From: Eledone cirrhosa
Taxonomy: Eukaryota
NCBI GenBank assembly: GCA_964016885.1
Contig: OZ024742.1
Location: 144,522,001-144,586,000 of the forward strand
Length of the DNA: 64,000 nt
Direction of reading: 5' to 3'
This document shows positions 50,222 to 63,851 of this stretch, piece by piece. The position numbers and the translations under genes are program-made. The notes under the pieces are model-generated. The model saw nothing but the letters and a program-made list of their open reading frames with translations, was not told where the DNA came from and made no database searches. Every line of letters starts with the position of its first letter. Positions within the stretch are counted from its first letter, which is position 1.

Positions 50222-51718
50222 GGCTCATAATAGTAAACCATGTTGAGAATTGGAACATGTAACGATGACTTGCTCACAAATTAATGAGAGAATTATGAAA
50301 TAGGGTGAAACAAGAGATGTATAATTTCAAATTAAAGGCTTAATTTCAATAATTTGAATTGTTTTATTTGTAAGCCATGTTAATTATACTTGATCACTGT
50401 ATACATTGCATAGTTAGTAACGTAACACCCGAAGGAGTCGTAGAGGCACCACGTTGACATATTTCATTTCTGGGGTATTTAAAAACCTATACTACTATCC
50501 TACTACTCAGTATTCTCGATATGTTCACATATATCAATCTTGACGACTTAATTTCAGAATTGTATGCGACTTAATACATATTTCCACGATAAAAGTACAA
50601 TAAAATAAAAATTCAAAATATGGAACTATATCTAAATTGTTGGATAACATCTATGACCTCGGGTAAAACTGGAATTTTAAAGGTTTTTGCAATTAGTCAG
50701 TTTTAGCGTGGTGATATTGTTAATATCCAGCAACGACTACAAACAGGTTGACTTTATTTGAGAGTCTGAGTGGGCGTATTTACTTATTTGTGTATATACT
50801 TCTTTATGTGTGGTTAAACTTCTGAAAGTTTACCGTATGTCTTTTTCTATTTTCCCTCTTTCTTGTACATCGTTTTATGGTTTAGTATATTCGTCTGTAC
50901 AGCTCATTGAGTTTGTGTTATCATTTCCTTTCTCTTGTACTTTCTCCTCATATTTTTATACATGTCATTCTATTTACCTGTTGTGATATTTGAATATGTA
51001 TTGTTATTCTCTTTTGGAAACGCCTCGCCTAATCTCAGAATGTATCAGATCTCATACTGAGTCGGTTACGTAGATTTTGCTATCTCTGTGTTTCGGAGCA
51101 ACCAACCATCTCTCTCTCTCTCTACTTATCCCCTAATCTATTTGTTATTCTTTCCAAGCTTTCATTCTATTTTCACTTCTCGGTTTTCGCTCGGAATAAG
51201 CACTTGAAAAGCCGTTATTGAATAGGATTTCAAGAAACCGTTATTTGTTTTTATTCTCCATCTATTTAATCAACCAGGTTTACTTCCATTTACAATCCGT
51301 CGTCATTTGTCAAACACGTATTTCAGTACTTTCCATTTACACCTAGCTGTCATTTGTCTCACTGGTGATATATTTTATCACCAAACATAGGTGCTGGCTT
51401 GGCAGACTAGTTAAGAAGTTCGCTTCGCAACCATGTATATTTCTATATCTATCTAATATATATTTTCAAATGTTTGTGTCCCCTCCTTCTCTCTGGTTTT
51501 TATGTAGTAATCATCTGTTCCTCCACCACTACCTTACTTGAGACTACATTTTTACTTCACTTCTCGTTCCTCATTCCCTTTCATCTATCATTTACGCTTT
51601 CTCTCTCTCCGTCTCTCTCTATCACTATATATTTCTCTTTTTTATCGCTCTTCTTTCTCGTTATTATGACTTTCCTAACAAATCCTCTCGTGTTGTTCCT
51701 TTGCTATTGTTGATGTTG

Positions 51719-51762
<44 letters not shown>

Positions 51763-52264
51763 GGAAAAGAGTGAGATATCATAGAAAGATTAAAGGAGGA
51801 AGAAAGACATAGAAATTGACGTCGAAATTTCTATGCACGTTGTAATGAGCAATAGAATACGAGAGAAAAACACGAAGAGAAAGAAGAATAAAGAGAGACA
51901 AATAAAGAGAGATACATGTCAAGAGATAGAGGGAAAGAGAGAGAGAGTAAAATTAGAAGAGTGGTTTATCTAAAATTTGAACCAGAATTACATTAACTAA
52001 ACATATTGCTTGGCCGACTGTTTACGTTAAAACAGACAGTCGCTGTACTACACTACAGAGGTGATTTGTACTAAGAGAAGCACGATGGGGTTCAAAATAT
52101 TAGTTTTATATATTTACAGCCAATCTAAATACTATATCGACACACGTTAATAATATATTTTCCTCTAATTTCCTAGCGACTTATATTTCAAACTGTTCGT
52201 AATGACTAGTTTTCTATCCATCTAGAGAAGCACTCGTTTCTTCCATTTCAATTCCAATATAATC

Positions 52265-52545
52265 CAGGACCCCCTCCCTCGCTGACCTTCACCAGTTTCT
52301 GTTTGGTTTTGGTCAAGGGAGTAGCCATACTTACCACGTTTGGCCAATTGCGGGTTGGTGAGGCTATGTGATCCATAGTTGAGTTGAATAGCTGTTGACG
52401 GTGACTCAGAGTAGTTAATCCGCCCTTTCAACGGCTCTTACTTTTTGTGCTTCTGGGGTTCTACCTACCCTAATCACCAGACCAGAGTTTAGTTAGTGAG
52501 CCGATTTAGTCGCTGAACACTCGACTATCCAGTAGTCGACTATAA
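52265..52545 (-). mobile_element. Divergent RTE-type 5'UTR remnant
   Basis: Minus strand GTCGAGTGTTCAGCGACTAAATCGGC..AAAGGGCGGATTAACT..GTCAACAGCTATTC resembles the head of the 8322/9427 elements. Confidence 0.4.
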
Positions 52546-54090
52546 TTCCTACTTTAGTGAAATTAAATAGAGATCCTATTCTATTCGTCAAATATTATTT
52601 AATGTGAATATTATTTAATGTGAGTAGGTGTTTCTACTGCATGTTTGTTTATGGCTTAAAGTGATGAGCCGAACACTCATCCTGGGTTAGGAGCCGTTCG
52701 AGGAAACCAGCTGGATCTGCTTCAAATAATGTCAGATTTTCCTGTGATGTCATCAGTTTGGATCAGGTGTCAGAAGACGTGGCACCCACCGAGCAGTAAC
52801 CTTCGCCATGCTATGTTCATTGTGCAGAATACTCTCACTCTCTCACGGGATATACTAATAGCAAAGCATTGGCTATTTGATTTATAATCAATTGCCTGTC
52901 ATCCATCGCCATAGTTACGGAATATGTTAGAAAGCTATTCTCTTTCGGCTTCTTGCTTTCCTGACCACTACAATTTGCAAAAATTCGAAAGCAACATCAA
53001 TTGTCATATCTCTCCTTGAATTATAGTCTCTCTGTCTTATTCTTCTCCCTTCTCAGTAACCATTTGTAGTTTAGTGGCTTTAGTGCCTTGCTTGGGATGA
53101 GCAAAAAACATGAAACAAAAGCAAAAACTGTATTACTGCGAAAATTGAAGATTTAATTGACATTGAATATTTGGAATAGGGTAGCAATGTTGTAAAAGCA
53201 ATACGATGGAAGTATGTTTTTTTTTCCACAGAAATAATCAATTCTGCCTCCCATGCTACAACATACAGTCGATAATTACTTTACTGTAGAACTCTTTTTC
53301 TCGTCCCTAATCTAAGTTTTCAAACCTGTTAACCACACTAATCTTATTTATTTCTATGGAACTTCCAAATGGAGAAGATTCCCACAAACAATATTCTTGT
53401 TCAATATAACATTAAAACAGGCAAAAAGAAAGAAACAAAACACAAAACGATGAAGGTGGTGTTATTTTTTAACAATAATTATTGCCATAAGTTGACTCCT
53501 AATAGATAACTCAGTTACCAAGTTTATTTCAAGTTGAAAAAGGAAACGATTTCAAGTTTTACACAAACTATTATTCTTGTAATTCAATACACGAGAGAAT
53601 AAGAATTGATAGCTTCCAGAAAAAGGAAGACAATAAAAGTAAATACTAATATTTTGACCTTAGTTCTATATTATTCACATATGTATTTATATAGGATCTC
53701 AACTGTCATTTCAAATCTTTGCACAGAATTATAGAGCTTAAAATGCACTGTATTTCTCCTCTAGAGTGTTACCTCTAGGCTAATTAACTTAATCATACAC
53801 TTCATATGCTATGTTCTTTGGTTATAATATATTGTCTCAAACGATATTTTGCATGTAATATAACATTTTATATGCAACAAATCTTGAGGATTTATGGTTT
53901 GTGCATGACAATGTAAGTAAAGCTTTATTGTTACATTGAAGCAAACATTCTTCTACTAATATCTGCAAAGCATCTCTCGGTATGGTCCAAAAGTCACTAG
54001 GCCATTTTAAAATATAATGACTTTTTTACAATTAAAAAGGGTTATTTTATTTTGAAATTGTGTCGGGACTTTTTGGCCACACTGTATATG

Positions 54091-54152
<62 letters not shown>

Positions 54153-54202
54153 ATATATATATATGGGGGGGGGGGGGGGGTTTAAAATACCCATCCTCAA
54201 TG

Positions 54203-54249
<47 letters not shown>

Positions 54250-54279
54250 GGGGAGGGGTGTATATATTAGAAAATTAAT

Positions 54280-54635
54280 ATAAGTAACGTTACTCGATAG
54301 AATGCGGAGCTCGGAGATCAGAGAGTTGCTCCAAGTAGAGTCGCTACTTCTTCGAATTGAGAATTACAGCTCCGATATTACGAGCATGGGGTTAGAATGT
54401 TTCAGGAAAGAATCGCTGGTCAGATTTTACGGGAAAAACCAGCCAGAAGGAGACCCAGGGTTAGACCCCCGAGCAAGATGATTGGATAACATCCATCAGC
54501 TCGGTTGGTCTCGCTTGAGGATCCAGCCGGATCAATTGGAGAGGGTAGCTTCTGATAGAACTTGCTGAAAAGAGTGGTTAAGGTTCTGGCCACATGGCTC
54601 CCTCATGAATAAGTGGGTGAAGAGGAAGGAGAAGT
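54280..54635 (+). mobile_element. RTE LINE 3' fragment
   Basis: Matches the reverse complement of ~24890-25200. Confidence 0.75.
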
Positions 54636-54704
54636 ATATAAGCATTCCAGTAGTTTAAATTATAATTTTAGCTGTGTAAACAAACAATATATAAGTATTA
54701 TTAA

Positions 54705-54875
54705 GATTGCAGTATCTGTAAAGGGTCGGACGCCATGTTTCGCAGCATAGAGTTACGGTTCTTTACGGTCTGAGTTCAAATTTCACCAAAGCTAACTTTG
54801 CCTTTCATCCTTACGGGGTCGATAAAATAAAGTTCCAGTAATGCACTGGGTAATTGCTGGCCTTGGGCGAAAAGT
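54705..54875 (+). mobile_element. tRNA-derived SINE, family 1
   Basis: Family consensus. Confidence 0.8.
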
Positions 54876-55771
54876 TATCTTCTCCGTAAACAACATTATA
54901 TTAGAATTGTCTAAACATATTTCATAACTCATTGGCCATCTCCCAGAAGATACGTACTCTCATTTACTGTCTGCAAAGAGAACTAGAGTAAATAGATATT
55001 TCTATAAAACATAAGCCAGGTCTCAACTGAAAACAACTATCTAATTTTGATATCTAATTTGATTACGTTTTCATTATGAGGCCTATAACTTAAACTGTAC
55101 GAATACCTGTATAAAATTTATATCAAGTCTTATATGTGGAACTCTTGATACATATTCATGAGATTAATCTTGTCGATAATGAATGCACCTTATGCAAATT
55201 AGACAAGCCATTTCAGCTTAGACGTCATTTCCCTCTGAGCACCAGTCTCTCACCAGCCATCGACAAATAATTGACCATATCCCCTCTTCTGGAAGTCAGA
55301 TAGACAGACAAACAGACAGACAGATATATGATAGATAGATAGACAGATAAATGGTTAGATAAGAAAACGGAAAGATAGACAGACAGATATTTATATAATT
55401 AAGGATGATTTTCCGAAGGGGATCGAAAATGAAATAAATACAACATACACAGACACACACACATATATATAAATATATATATATAAAGTTATATCAGTAT
55501 ACATACAGAGTTAACAACCGAGACTAAAGCAATGTGTATATAGATATACACATATTTAATATGTGGGCATTTAAAAATGCCAGAAAATATGAATGTCACT
55601 GTAAATAGAAAAAAAATGATAAACACCATTAATCGAGTTTTGGACCTAACTGGGCCCCTCATCAGAAGATATGTATATCACACAAACAACCACAAGGAAA
55701 CAAAACATGCATTTGATGGGCTTTTATACCCATTTGCTCATATTACTGAAATGAATGTACTAATTTGCATA

Positions 55772-56217
55772 TACCGTATATGCCAGCGTCATTTGAAGCC
55801 TAAAAACATGTCTCAAAAACCAGGGGTCAACTTGTCCACCGAATATAAAATGTGAACCTTTACTAATGAGGCGTAAACAGTGAAATTGCCTTCTTAACAC
55901 TCGTTGTACACTTACCATAACTCTAGCAGACCACCACATTTATTTCCTACTGAATTTCATATTTGTTAAATCTATTTAACGTATCAATGACTATTTAGTG
56001 GTTATTTCAACTATTTAGTGTCTATTTCCATGTTTTGTGCAAATAAAGAATGGCAAGCGCATCTAGGGATGGGGAGATGGTACTGCCTTATCTTTTTTTT
56101 TTTGGGGGGGGGGGGCTCGTCTTATCCGGTGAATATAGGTCTAAACCCGAATTACACCTCAGAACTTTAGGGGTCGACCTATGCACCGGATCGACTTGTA
56201 TGCCGGCATATACGGTA
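55772..56217. mobile_element. Tc1/mariner/pogo-type MITE (~445 bp)
   Basis: TIRs TACCGTATATGCC / GGCATATACGGTA with subterminal GGGGTCRAC repeats. Confidence 0.65.
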
Positions 56218-56234
56218 ATTATCGCTCGCGTTGG

Positions 56235-56278
<44 letters not shown>

Positions 56279-58860
56279 GGACATCGACAATGGAAAAACA
56301 ACGGAAGGATGGGCAGTCCCATCGCCTCAGTCAACCTCTGGAAATCACAGTTTCGGTGTTTTATGGTTGATACCGTTCATTTCAGTACACACTGGGACAT
56401 AACAAATCAAATAAAGACAAGTTATGTCTTTAGGCAAATTACACAAATAAAAATAAAAATATATCCCAAGTGTGCCAACTTACAAAGAAGGAAGAGAACA
56501 GTGCACGAAGGCTTAGCCAAAGGAGAACAAATATAGAAACGAGAAAAATAATAAAACAGAATAGAAAATTATTGATTGTAGTCCAACATGCAGACAAGGA
56601 AGAATGACACCGAGGCGTAGAAAAGGTAAGAAGGGAGAATAGAGGAAGATAGATCCGGCGGTGTTATGTCTATTATATGATAGTTTCAAAAGAAAAGCCT
56701 GCGTGAACATAAATTCAAAATAGAGGGCGCATATGACAAAAATAAATATATAAATAAATATAATGAAATAAACAATAGAAAGCCAGGCAGTCCTATCTCT
56801 GTCAATCTCTGGAAATCACTATGCCTTCGGTTAATTAAGGTTGATACCATTCATTCCAGTGTACATTGGAAAGAACGGTATCAGGTAGAGACAAGTTATG
56901 CCCTTAGGCGAATTACCCATAACTTGTTTTGTTATGTATATACCTAAAGAATATACTAGCATTTCACTTTCTGAATATAGCAAATGGGGGAAAATCTCCA
57001 ATCAACAGAAACTATCCTAACGTCTCCAAGACCGAAACTCCCTATAGTGTTGCTCTGTTATGAATGCATGCAAGGGGGATAACTCCAATAGCCTTGACTA
57101 ACATGCTTTTTATGACAAGGCCATGAAGTGGATGCTGTCTATTAGCAATCTTTATGAAAGAAATATATATATATTCCGTTCGTATTAGATTTCCCCAGCG
57201 AGACATTCACTTTGCAAGAGGACATGACTTAAATGGGCAGAAAAAGATATAGGGAAAACGGAAAGGAATAATACGCTAATTATCCATGTCAATGAAGTGT
57301 AATGCGAAAATGTCTGAGGAGAGCGCTCTGCATAAAGTATATATATACATGCAGTAACACTAACATAGCGGAATTCGTAATAGAAATGTATATAAAAGCG
57401 TACATGTTATGTTTTTGCATAATAAGCATATATATTTCGCTATTTTAAGCTCTGATCATATCGCAGCTATCTTAGGAGCAAAACGCCAGACACTAGTGAT
57501 TCAAATATTTGTTATCCATCATCAGTGATGTTTACTCACTTGGTTCTGTCAAAAGAATAAAGTATTGCTTATATACCTTTGGCGTATACAACATCTGTTG
57601 GAGAAGTTCATTTGTGTATAATGCGGAAAATGTTGTCACCTTCTAGTATTCGAAGTTCGCATCTTTCGATTTCTTAATTTACTCTTATGGGCTTCAGTTG
57701 GTTATACGAGGTGTCTTCGGTCATTTTATACGTTGAGGAGCCTACCATTTTCCAGGTTCTTCAACAGTAGATTTCTTTAAGAAAGAAGGCCATTCAACCT
57801 CAGCACTCAACTGGTATTTTATCGATGCCTAAAAGATGAATGGTAAAGATGACTTCGGTGATATTTGATCTCCAAATAACAGAAAACCAGAAGGGTTACT
57901 GCAAAGCATTCTATCCGGCGCTCTAGCGACTATCTTTTACACGTATATATTTTTTTTTATGCATGCATATATACACACAAATATTTCAAAGCAGATACAG
58001 TGGAGAGTGTATACTGAGCGCATTCGACGTTTATATCTCAAAGATTTCATTTGAAACCGAAAATGAAGAGTGATCAAGTCAATTAAGTTATACTATGCAT
58101 ATATTATATCTAAGCTACACACGATAGATCATTGTTAAATATAGTGGTTTTCGTTTTACGATCGACACTTTTATGTAAGATAAATATTTAATAATTTTCG
58201 TTGTCATGTCTCCAGGAGAAAGCCTATAACACACACATCACTTACTTGGAAGAAGTGTGATCTGATTCTTTGCCGATGACTACATTACCTAGAAAGAGAA
58301 GTAATGACTGTTATAAAAATTATTACTGTGTTAGAAAAGGCTTCTAAGTAAGATTGAACATGACTTTAAAAGCTTCCCATGATAATCGAAAATTGTCTGA
58401 AAACGATTTGTGAAAGTGGATGAAATTTAGTAAAAGGTTGACAATTCTGCTTGGAACTTTGCCGTTTCCTCCTCTGCAGCTGCGTAAGAGCAATTTGTCC
58501 AAATTTTGTCTGCGCTTAAAAGCTAAGAATGAAATTTTACTTGTCATTTATTTTACTTGGTAGCGTTAAACTCTCGTTGAACAACAATTTTCACAGACAG
58601 CATATCTCATTCTCATATAGAGCCAAGAAATCGTTACATCTGCATATGATCAGACAGACAGACAGGCAAGCAGACAGGCAGGATGTTCACTGTTGGAAAA
58701 CCAGAAAGACTGCTAATCAAAGAATTGGTCAGTAGATTTTAAGGTGCAGTGTGAATGCATTTATAATGAACATGCTCATTATAAATATATTTGTGTGTAT
58801 GTATGTGAATGTGTGTGTATGTGTGCATGTATACATATTTACACTTGTATTCATGTTACT

Positions 58861-59165
<305 letters not shown>

Positions 59166-59603
59166 ACTATATATCATTTATGTGAGGGTGTTTACTAATG
59201 AGAAGAACTGGTGGTTGGGGTTGGTAAACGAGGATGCAACAAATTAATTGAAGCACTCAACGTTATGCAAATCATCCATCGTAGATGTGGTAGCCAGTGG
59301 TTGGTGCAGGAACGGAGTAAAGTATTCATTAAAACATCAACAGAAAGCCAGACTGGAAAATTTAATTTAGAATTTCGATTCCGCGAAAGCACTATGCATA
59401 TTTCCATTGCCCAGCCCTATCATACAATTATAATGCAAGACTAGGCGATTTCATCAGGTGTTATTTGTAGAATTATGTAACAGGATTACGTTGAACCCAA
59501 ACATAGAGTAGAATATAGGGAATAGAACAAAAAAGTTGAAGATATAAATAGAAAATTCGATTCGGAGACAGCCTGCTAATTTAGTTTTGTATCGATAGCA
59601 GAC

Positions 59604-59731
59604 GTTTAATATAGAAATGACTTCTACAGAACTAGAACTGTTTAATTCATAAGAAATCATCAGGGCCTTCCTGATGATTTTTTTTTTAATGAACCAGTTC
59701 TAGTCCTGTAGAAGCCATTTCTATATTAAAC
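59604..59731. ncRNA. Second fold-back palindrome of the same hammerhead family as 38271-38391 (decayed)
   Basis: CTTC-CTGATGA...GAAC-CAG-TTCTAGTC-CTGT-A-GAAG on the plus strand, with a mirror arm at 59604-59664. Confidence 0.6.
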
Positions 59732-59825
59732 ATGATGTTTATACTCTACTAATGTATCGAGTACTTTACTAACTCTGGTTACCCCCGGTTGAACTCTGAA
59801 CTCACACACAGATAAACACACACAT

Positions 59826-59879
<54 letters not shown>

Positions 59880-60541
59880 ATGAACAAGTCAGATATGCAG
59901 GCATACTACAAGATCAGGTGTCGCTACGAGACATCAATGGATTAACGTGCATTGGAGGAGAAGGTTCCGAAACTTTCTATTTCCAAGACAGAAAGACAGA
60001 CAGAAAGGGAGCTTTCAATTTCAAAAAAGTGCTATCATCCAAGAAGAAAAAGAAGAAGAAGAAGAAGAAGAAGAAGAGAGTATGCAAAAATAGAATTAAG
60101 TAATGGTACTAAAAACCATGCCATTATTCTGATTGGTATTATTCATTTTCACCATGCAACTGAAAGGTATAATGAAAATATTTCAAGTCTATATTTAACC
60201 TACTTTATAAATACATTAAATTTGAATCCAATTTTATCATATTTTACTCGTTCTCTCTTATATACACATATATTCTCCAGGTCAAACTCCCGCTGTCACT
60301 GCCCCCGTCTCTTCCGATCCTTCCATAGATTACTATTGTGCGGAAATATGGAATATGGGCCCACACGCTAGCCACTCCGCGCACCCCAGCAGATTGAATA
60401 GAAAAGGCGTTTTCCCGGAGGCTGGTGAAGGAGACGCGCTGAAAGAGCCATTCCAGCTAATGCGTTATTTGATTATATGGAATTATTTGAAAAAATTAAA
60501 ACTTTTGTCGCTTTCCTCTAAAAAAACCCCCCTGAAAATAT

Positions 60542-60744
60542 AATGGTTTCTACTATAAGCACAATGCCAGAAATTTTGGGGAAGGAGAAAGTCGATTAAA
60601 TCGACCCCAGTGCCTTACTGGTGCTTTATTTTATCGACCCCATAAAATAAAAGGCAAAGCTAGCCTCAGTGGGATTTGAACTCAGAACATAAAGGGCCAA
60701 AACCCAATGCAAAACATGCATGACGCTCTACCGACACTGTCAAT
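60542..60744 (-). mobile_element. tRNA-derived SINE, family 1 (long variant)
   Basis: Reverse complement of the family consensus. Confidence 0.8.
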
Positions 60745-61144
60745 GAGACAACATGCCACTCTCCAAGTGAACTAGATCTACGCTCAACTTTGATTTCTTT
60801 GAACTGGGCACAAAAACATGTTTATCAGAGATAGAACATGGAATATCATCACGTTCATGTTTTTTTCCCCCGAGACACTAGAAGCGTGGTTAACAACCAC
60901 GCTTCACAACTAACCGTTTTTATGTTTGTTAGCGAAATCGCGTGGTTATGAAGCGTACTTTACGAATTATTAACATATAAGCGTCGATCGTAAAACGGAA
61001 TTCCCTACAAGTAACAATAGAATGATTTATCTCTTTTCCCTTTGTTAGCGTGAATGAACGAATGAACGGACACATAAACACTCATTACATTCATTTTATA
61101 TTGTTACCACTATTAATTTGACTATTAACAACCAAGTGTTATTT

Positions 61145-61228
<84 letters not shown>

Positions 61229-61530
61229 AGAGTATTGAAGTTTGCTTGAATCATTGTGGAATAATAAGATATATTTTCTTTAGGTCGTTTTGGAAGCCTC
61301 AACAATGCAGATGGGTAATTCTCCGGGTAACAAGATCCGGTGGTGGAGAGAGAGTTGTAAGTGAATGTAGAATGAGATGTATAGTGTGTGGAAGAACGTA
61401 GGAAAGAGCGTAAAAAATAAAAATAATAACACGAGATAGAGTTACCCTGGGAGAGATTTAATTGTCCCTATATATTTCGGATTCACATCCATCAATGGGC
61501 TTTTTTTCGGGGGGGGGGGGGGGGGGGGTA

Positions 61531-61635
61531 TCTGTCGGATAGGTGCGAAACGTGTCCTCCGCTGTTCGTTGTTTTGAATATCAGATATTCAAAACAACGA
61601 ACAGCGGAGGACACGTTTCGCACCTATCCGACAGA
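61531..61635. repeat. Perfect palindrome, 52-bp arms, 1-nt loop
   Basis: TCTGTCGGATAGGTGCGAAACGTGTC...GAATATC-A-GATATTC...CCGACAGA. Confidence 0.9.
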
Positions 61636-61711
61636 AAAACTCAGATTACATTTATTGTATTCAGCCATGTAGAGCGAAAATTTTCTTTTTTACACCAACA
61701 CACACACACAT

Positions 61712-61751
<40 letters not shown>

Positions 61752-61787
61752 TGTTCTCGGTAGGGTGAACTAACTGTAGTGTTACTA

Positions 61788-61836
<49 letters not shown>

Positions 61837-61844
<8 letters not shown>

Positions 61845-62247
61845 ATACTTTGGGAGGGTCATGTTGCCAATAAGAAACACACACACCAGCTGCTTTCACT
61901 TCAATTTATTATAATAAATTTATAAATTTAGGAATTTATAAATTTCCGGTTGGTTGGTTGGTTGGTTCCACAACCAGATGTTCTGTCCTACGCCAAGATG
62001 GCGTAGGACAGAACAAAGGAGTGGCACAAGAACAAAGAAAAGAATCCCCTGTCACTGAAGAGGTCACAGAATGTGTGACAAAAGAACTTTGACAATATAT
62101 AAACAACCATCTGGTTGTGGAACCAACCAACCAACCGGAAATTTATAAATTCCTAAATTTATAAATTTACTATAATAAATTGAAGTGAAAGCAACTGGTG
62201 CGTGTGTTTCTTATTGGCAACATGACCCTCCCAAAGTATAACAATAT
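61837..62247. mobile_element. PLE-like pseudo-LTR with ~140-bp inverted arms and a decayed hammerhead
   Basis: 61837-61980 is inverted to 62108-62247. Internal 17-bp hairpin 61979-62015. TGTCA-CTGAAGA-G-GTCACA/TGTGAC-AAAAGAACTT-TGACA at 62050-62094. Abuts (TA)n. Confidence 0.6.
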
Positions 62248-62339
62248 CGGTTTCAACACACGTTTTCAGATAAAGAATCTTGCTAAACAAATTTAGAAAC
62301 GAAATATATATATATATATATAAACAAACGTATTTATTT

Positions 62340-62425
62340 CACGAGGCTCGATAAGGATAAATATATATCAAATATATAAGAACCCTAGAGCAAATCCCGA
62401 GCAACGCCGGGCCATTCTGCTATAA
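62340..62425 (+). mobile_element. Helitron 3' end fragment
   Basis: CCCGAGCAACGCCGGG hairpin then ..TGCTAT; the upstream ~50 bp also occurs at 29704-29757. Confidence 0.5.
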
Positions 62426-62449
62426 ATATATATATTCAATTGAAGAAAG

Positions 62450-63438
62450 CTGGTTGATTGAAAATCACTCCACGGTTTGTGTTCATCCGAAGTTTTATTA
62501 TAAATAGGGATGTATACCAGCTGGACCCTGGTATCGGTGGAACATCCACATCGGCGTTCTATAGAGGGCTAGTGGAAGGAAAGAGCGACGATGTTCTCGG
62601 AGAGACCCTGGGCGTCGAAGACGATCAGCTGTTCGCTCTCGTCAAGAGAACTTTCAGACCGGAGACTATGGACACTTCCAGAAATCCCTGGCCTGGCAGT
62701 GCTACCGGGGAGCGTTGCCGGTTCGGGATAAGCTCTACAGGCACGGAGGTGCTGTAAGCCGAGATGCGCGCAGGGCGACGAAACCGTCCTGCACGCACTC
62801 GTTCAGTGCCCGAGGATTGCTTACTTGTGGAGCTATGTCGAACAGCTGCTGTCGCGTGTAGGACGGATCCGGTTATCGACTGTGTCTATTGTGCAGACAG
62901 TCCCGCCATCCTCCTTTAAAGAGGGGGAAAGGCAGGCAGTTTTCATCTGCCTGGTGGCCATGGCGAAAGAGATTGTGTGGTGGACAAGGTTGAAAGGGTT
63001 GAAGACGGACACTTTCCTCTTCGGCCAATCCCTGATTAACTTTTTAAAGTTTCACTTGAAGAGGAAAATCAGGGTGGAGAGACAAGTGCTGTCTTCAAAT
63101 AAGTTTGTTGAAAGGTGGGTGAAAGTGGTGAGTCTGGTCCGAGTGAACGGGCCCGCTCTGAGTATACGCCTGTAGACTAAGGAGTGGGAAAAGTGAGAGA
63201 GGGCGCTTGCCCTGGTGGTCAGGGTGGCCGTGGTCTTTTGTGTGATTTTCACCACGAGTGACCCTCGGAGGTTTCCCCCTTTTGGGGGAATTTTTGTTGT
63301 TTGAATTTTTTTGGATTTCTAGCCCGATTTTGTTATAACCTGTTTTTCACGACCAAAACCCACTTTGTATCGTTCTGTACTGTTCTGTGCCGTCTCTAAT
63401 GTTTTTCTTCATGTCAGCCCTTGTGGCCAATAAAGAAA
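62450..63438 (+). mobile_element. 5'-truncated L1/Tx1-clade LINE 3' end
   Basis: PRCAQGDETVLHALVQCP (zinc-knuckle region), LWSYVEQLL..AKEIVWWTR..KFVERW, T-rich 3'UTR ending CCAATAAAGAAA; frameshifted. Confidence 0.75.
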
Positions 63439-63440
63439 GC

Positions 63441-63612
63441 ATTAGAGGGTCGGACGCCATGCATTCCAGCATAGTTATGTCCCTTTACGATCTGAGTTCA
63501 AATCCCGCCGTGGTTGACTTTGCCTTTCATCCTTACGGGGTCGATAAAATAAAGTACCAGTAATGTACTTGATAATTGCTGGCCTTGTGCTAAAAGTAGA
63601 AACAATTATTAT
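63441..63612 (+). mobile_element. tRNA-derived SINE, family 1, with (ATT)n tail
   Basis: Family consensus lacking the first ~15 nt. Confidence 0.85.
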
Positions 63613-63851
63613 TATTATTATTATTATTGTTGTTGTTGTTATTATTATTATGTGCTGAATCTCTCGAGACGTGTGGAACTACTACGGAGTAAGTCAGTTG
63701 AATTTTATGAACTTATCGAAACTTTTATATAGTAACTATTACATTGTTGTGTAGTTAAAGAACCTCTCTTTCAAAGGAGGTGGTTTTTTTAAGGGCTGAA
63801 TTTGTATTTATTTACAATCGTACACCCTCAATTTTTTGTTAAAAAAAAAAC

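Noticed and set aside
52329-52345. ATACTTACC resembling the U1 snRNA 5' end
   Set aside because: The match stops after 9 nt.
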